A DNA stretch of 64,000 bases, from positions 24,304,001 to 24,368,000 of the forward strand of contig NC_092674.1 of the NCBI RefSeq assembly GCF_964355755.1. Reading direction: 5' to 3'. The translations under genes and the position numbers were made by a program. Below are positions 63,070-64,000 of the stretch, one piece after another. The first letter of the stretch is position 1. Each line of letters opens with the position of its first letter. A model generated the notes under the pieces. That model saw nothing but the letters and a program-made list of their open reading frames with translations. It was not told the origin of the DNA and ran no database searches. The stretch comes from Antedon mediterranea (Eukaryota; Animalia; Echinodermata).

Positions 63070-63222
63070 AGCTTGGTTCACACTAAGACGCAACGCAAGG
63101 ACGTAAACGCAACGCAAGCGTTTTGACCAATGACAATCGATAGTAGTTCGAATAATCCATCGCTTGTGATTGGTCAACTCACTTACGTTGCGCATACGTT
63201 GCGTCCTAGTGGGAAACAAGCT
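63070..63222. mobile_element. Harbinger-like MITE
   Basis: AGCTTGGTTCACACTAAGACGCAACG...CGTTGCGTCCTAGTGGGAAACAAGCT; a related degenerate copy lies at ~54528-54662. Confidence 0.75.
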
Positions 63223-64000
63223 TTACAGATCATATTTAAAAAAAAAAAACAATATATATTAACAAGGCACATTGAACTAATATTAGTCGTGGCGGCTTAG
63301 CATTTATTTATATTTAAGAAGTGCACACTTTTGATGCACTTTAGCTGTTAACTTTTCATAACAAACTTAAAGTTCACAGTGGTGGAAGTCGGTTAAATTT
63401 GTAAACTCTCCCGCAAAACACACTTTTGAGATATCAAATGCAATGATGAGAAACAAATGTTATTATTGTTTATGTTAAACATTGTGGAAAGAACATTTAT
63501 TTTGGGTCAATAGGTAATAATTTGTCATAATAATCGTATGTATCAGTAAAATAGCATGTTTTGCTATCTGCTAGTAATTCGAATTACCTACATTTCTGAC
63601 ACATAAAATGTATTGTTTTACACAAGCCACATCCAAGATCTGTATCATTGTCTCAGGAAATTCATTTCCAGACAACAATCTTCCACAAATTGGTGGTCAG
63701 ACGATAAAATCACAAAAAGATCTAAATATTTGGGTGATTTTTAACCACAGAAGCATATTGCACTAGCTGATAAACTCGACGTATATATAATTAAATGAAT
63801 GCGGTTGATCCATAACTACAATTGTTTACAATGATTTTAGTAGATTCGATCAGCAAGATCCGATATTTTCTTTATGATCGAATGATGTTACTCCTCACGG
63901 CGATTCGAGGGAAGTTTCTAGCGCGCGCTTCATAAGTTGGTGTCGATACCCTACTGTGAATGAGCAAATTTAGGTCATGGGCTATAGCATGCAGTACTAG

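Overview
AT-rich eukaryotic genomic DNA with spliced genes, from a marine invertebrate (probably a deuterostome such as an echinoderm; this is an inference from the DeuSINE-type repeats and gene style). Reading splice sites by hand gives five multi-exon genes. These are TMEM185 (minus, 3' end off-window), a divergent ACSF2-like acyl-CoA synthetase (plus, 18 coding exons), two head-to-head NEU1-like sialidases, and a tolloid/BMP1-like astacin metalloprotease (minus) with an atypical astacin-CUB-CUB-EGF-EGF-EGF-CUB-CUB layout. The most notable region is one 8.8-kb intron of the protease gene. It holds an antisense, intronless ~447-aa ORF (coiled-coil N-terminus, death-domain-like C-terminus) that is split by a young, non-autonomous Gmr1-type Ty3/Gypsy element. 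That element has identical 460-bp LTRs, an ATAGA target-site duplication, a duplicated tRNA-Leu primer-binding site, an intact Gag-protease ORF and no RT. The same intron holds a second small coiled-coil ORF. Introns and intergenic DNA are full of MITEs (Harbinger-, Kolobok-, piggyBac- and Tc1/pogo-like), Helentron-type elements, tRNA- and 5S-derived SINE-like sequences and MITE-seeded minisatellites. There are no prokaryotic features or CRISPR arrays. All coordinates and homologies were read by eye; no database search was run.
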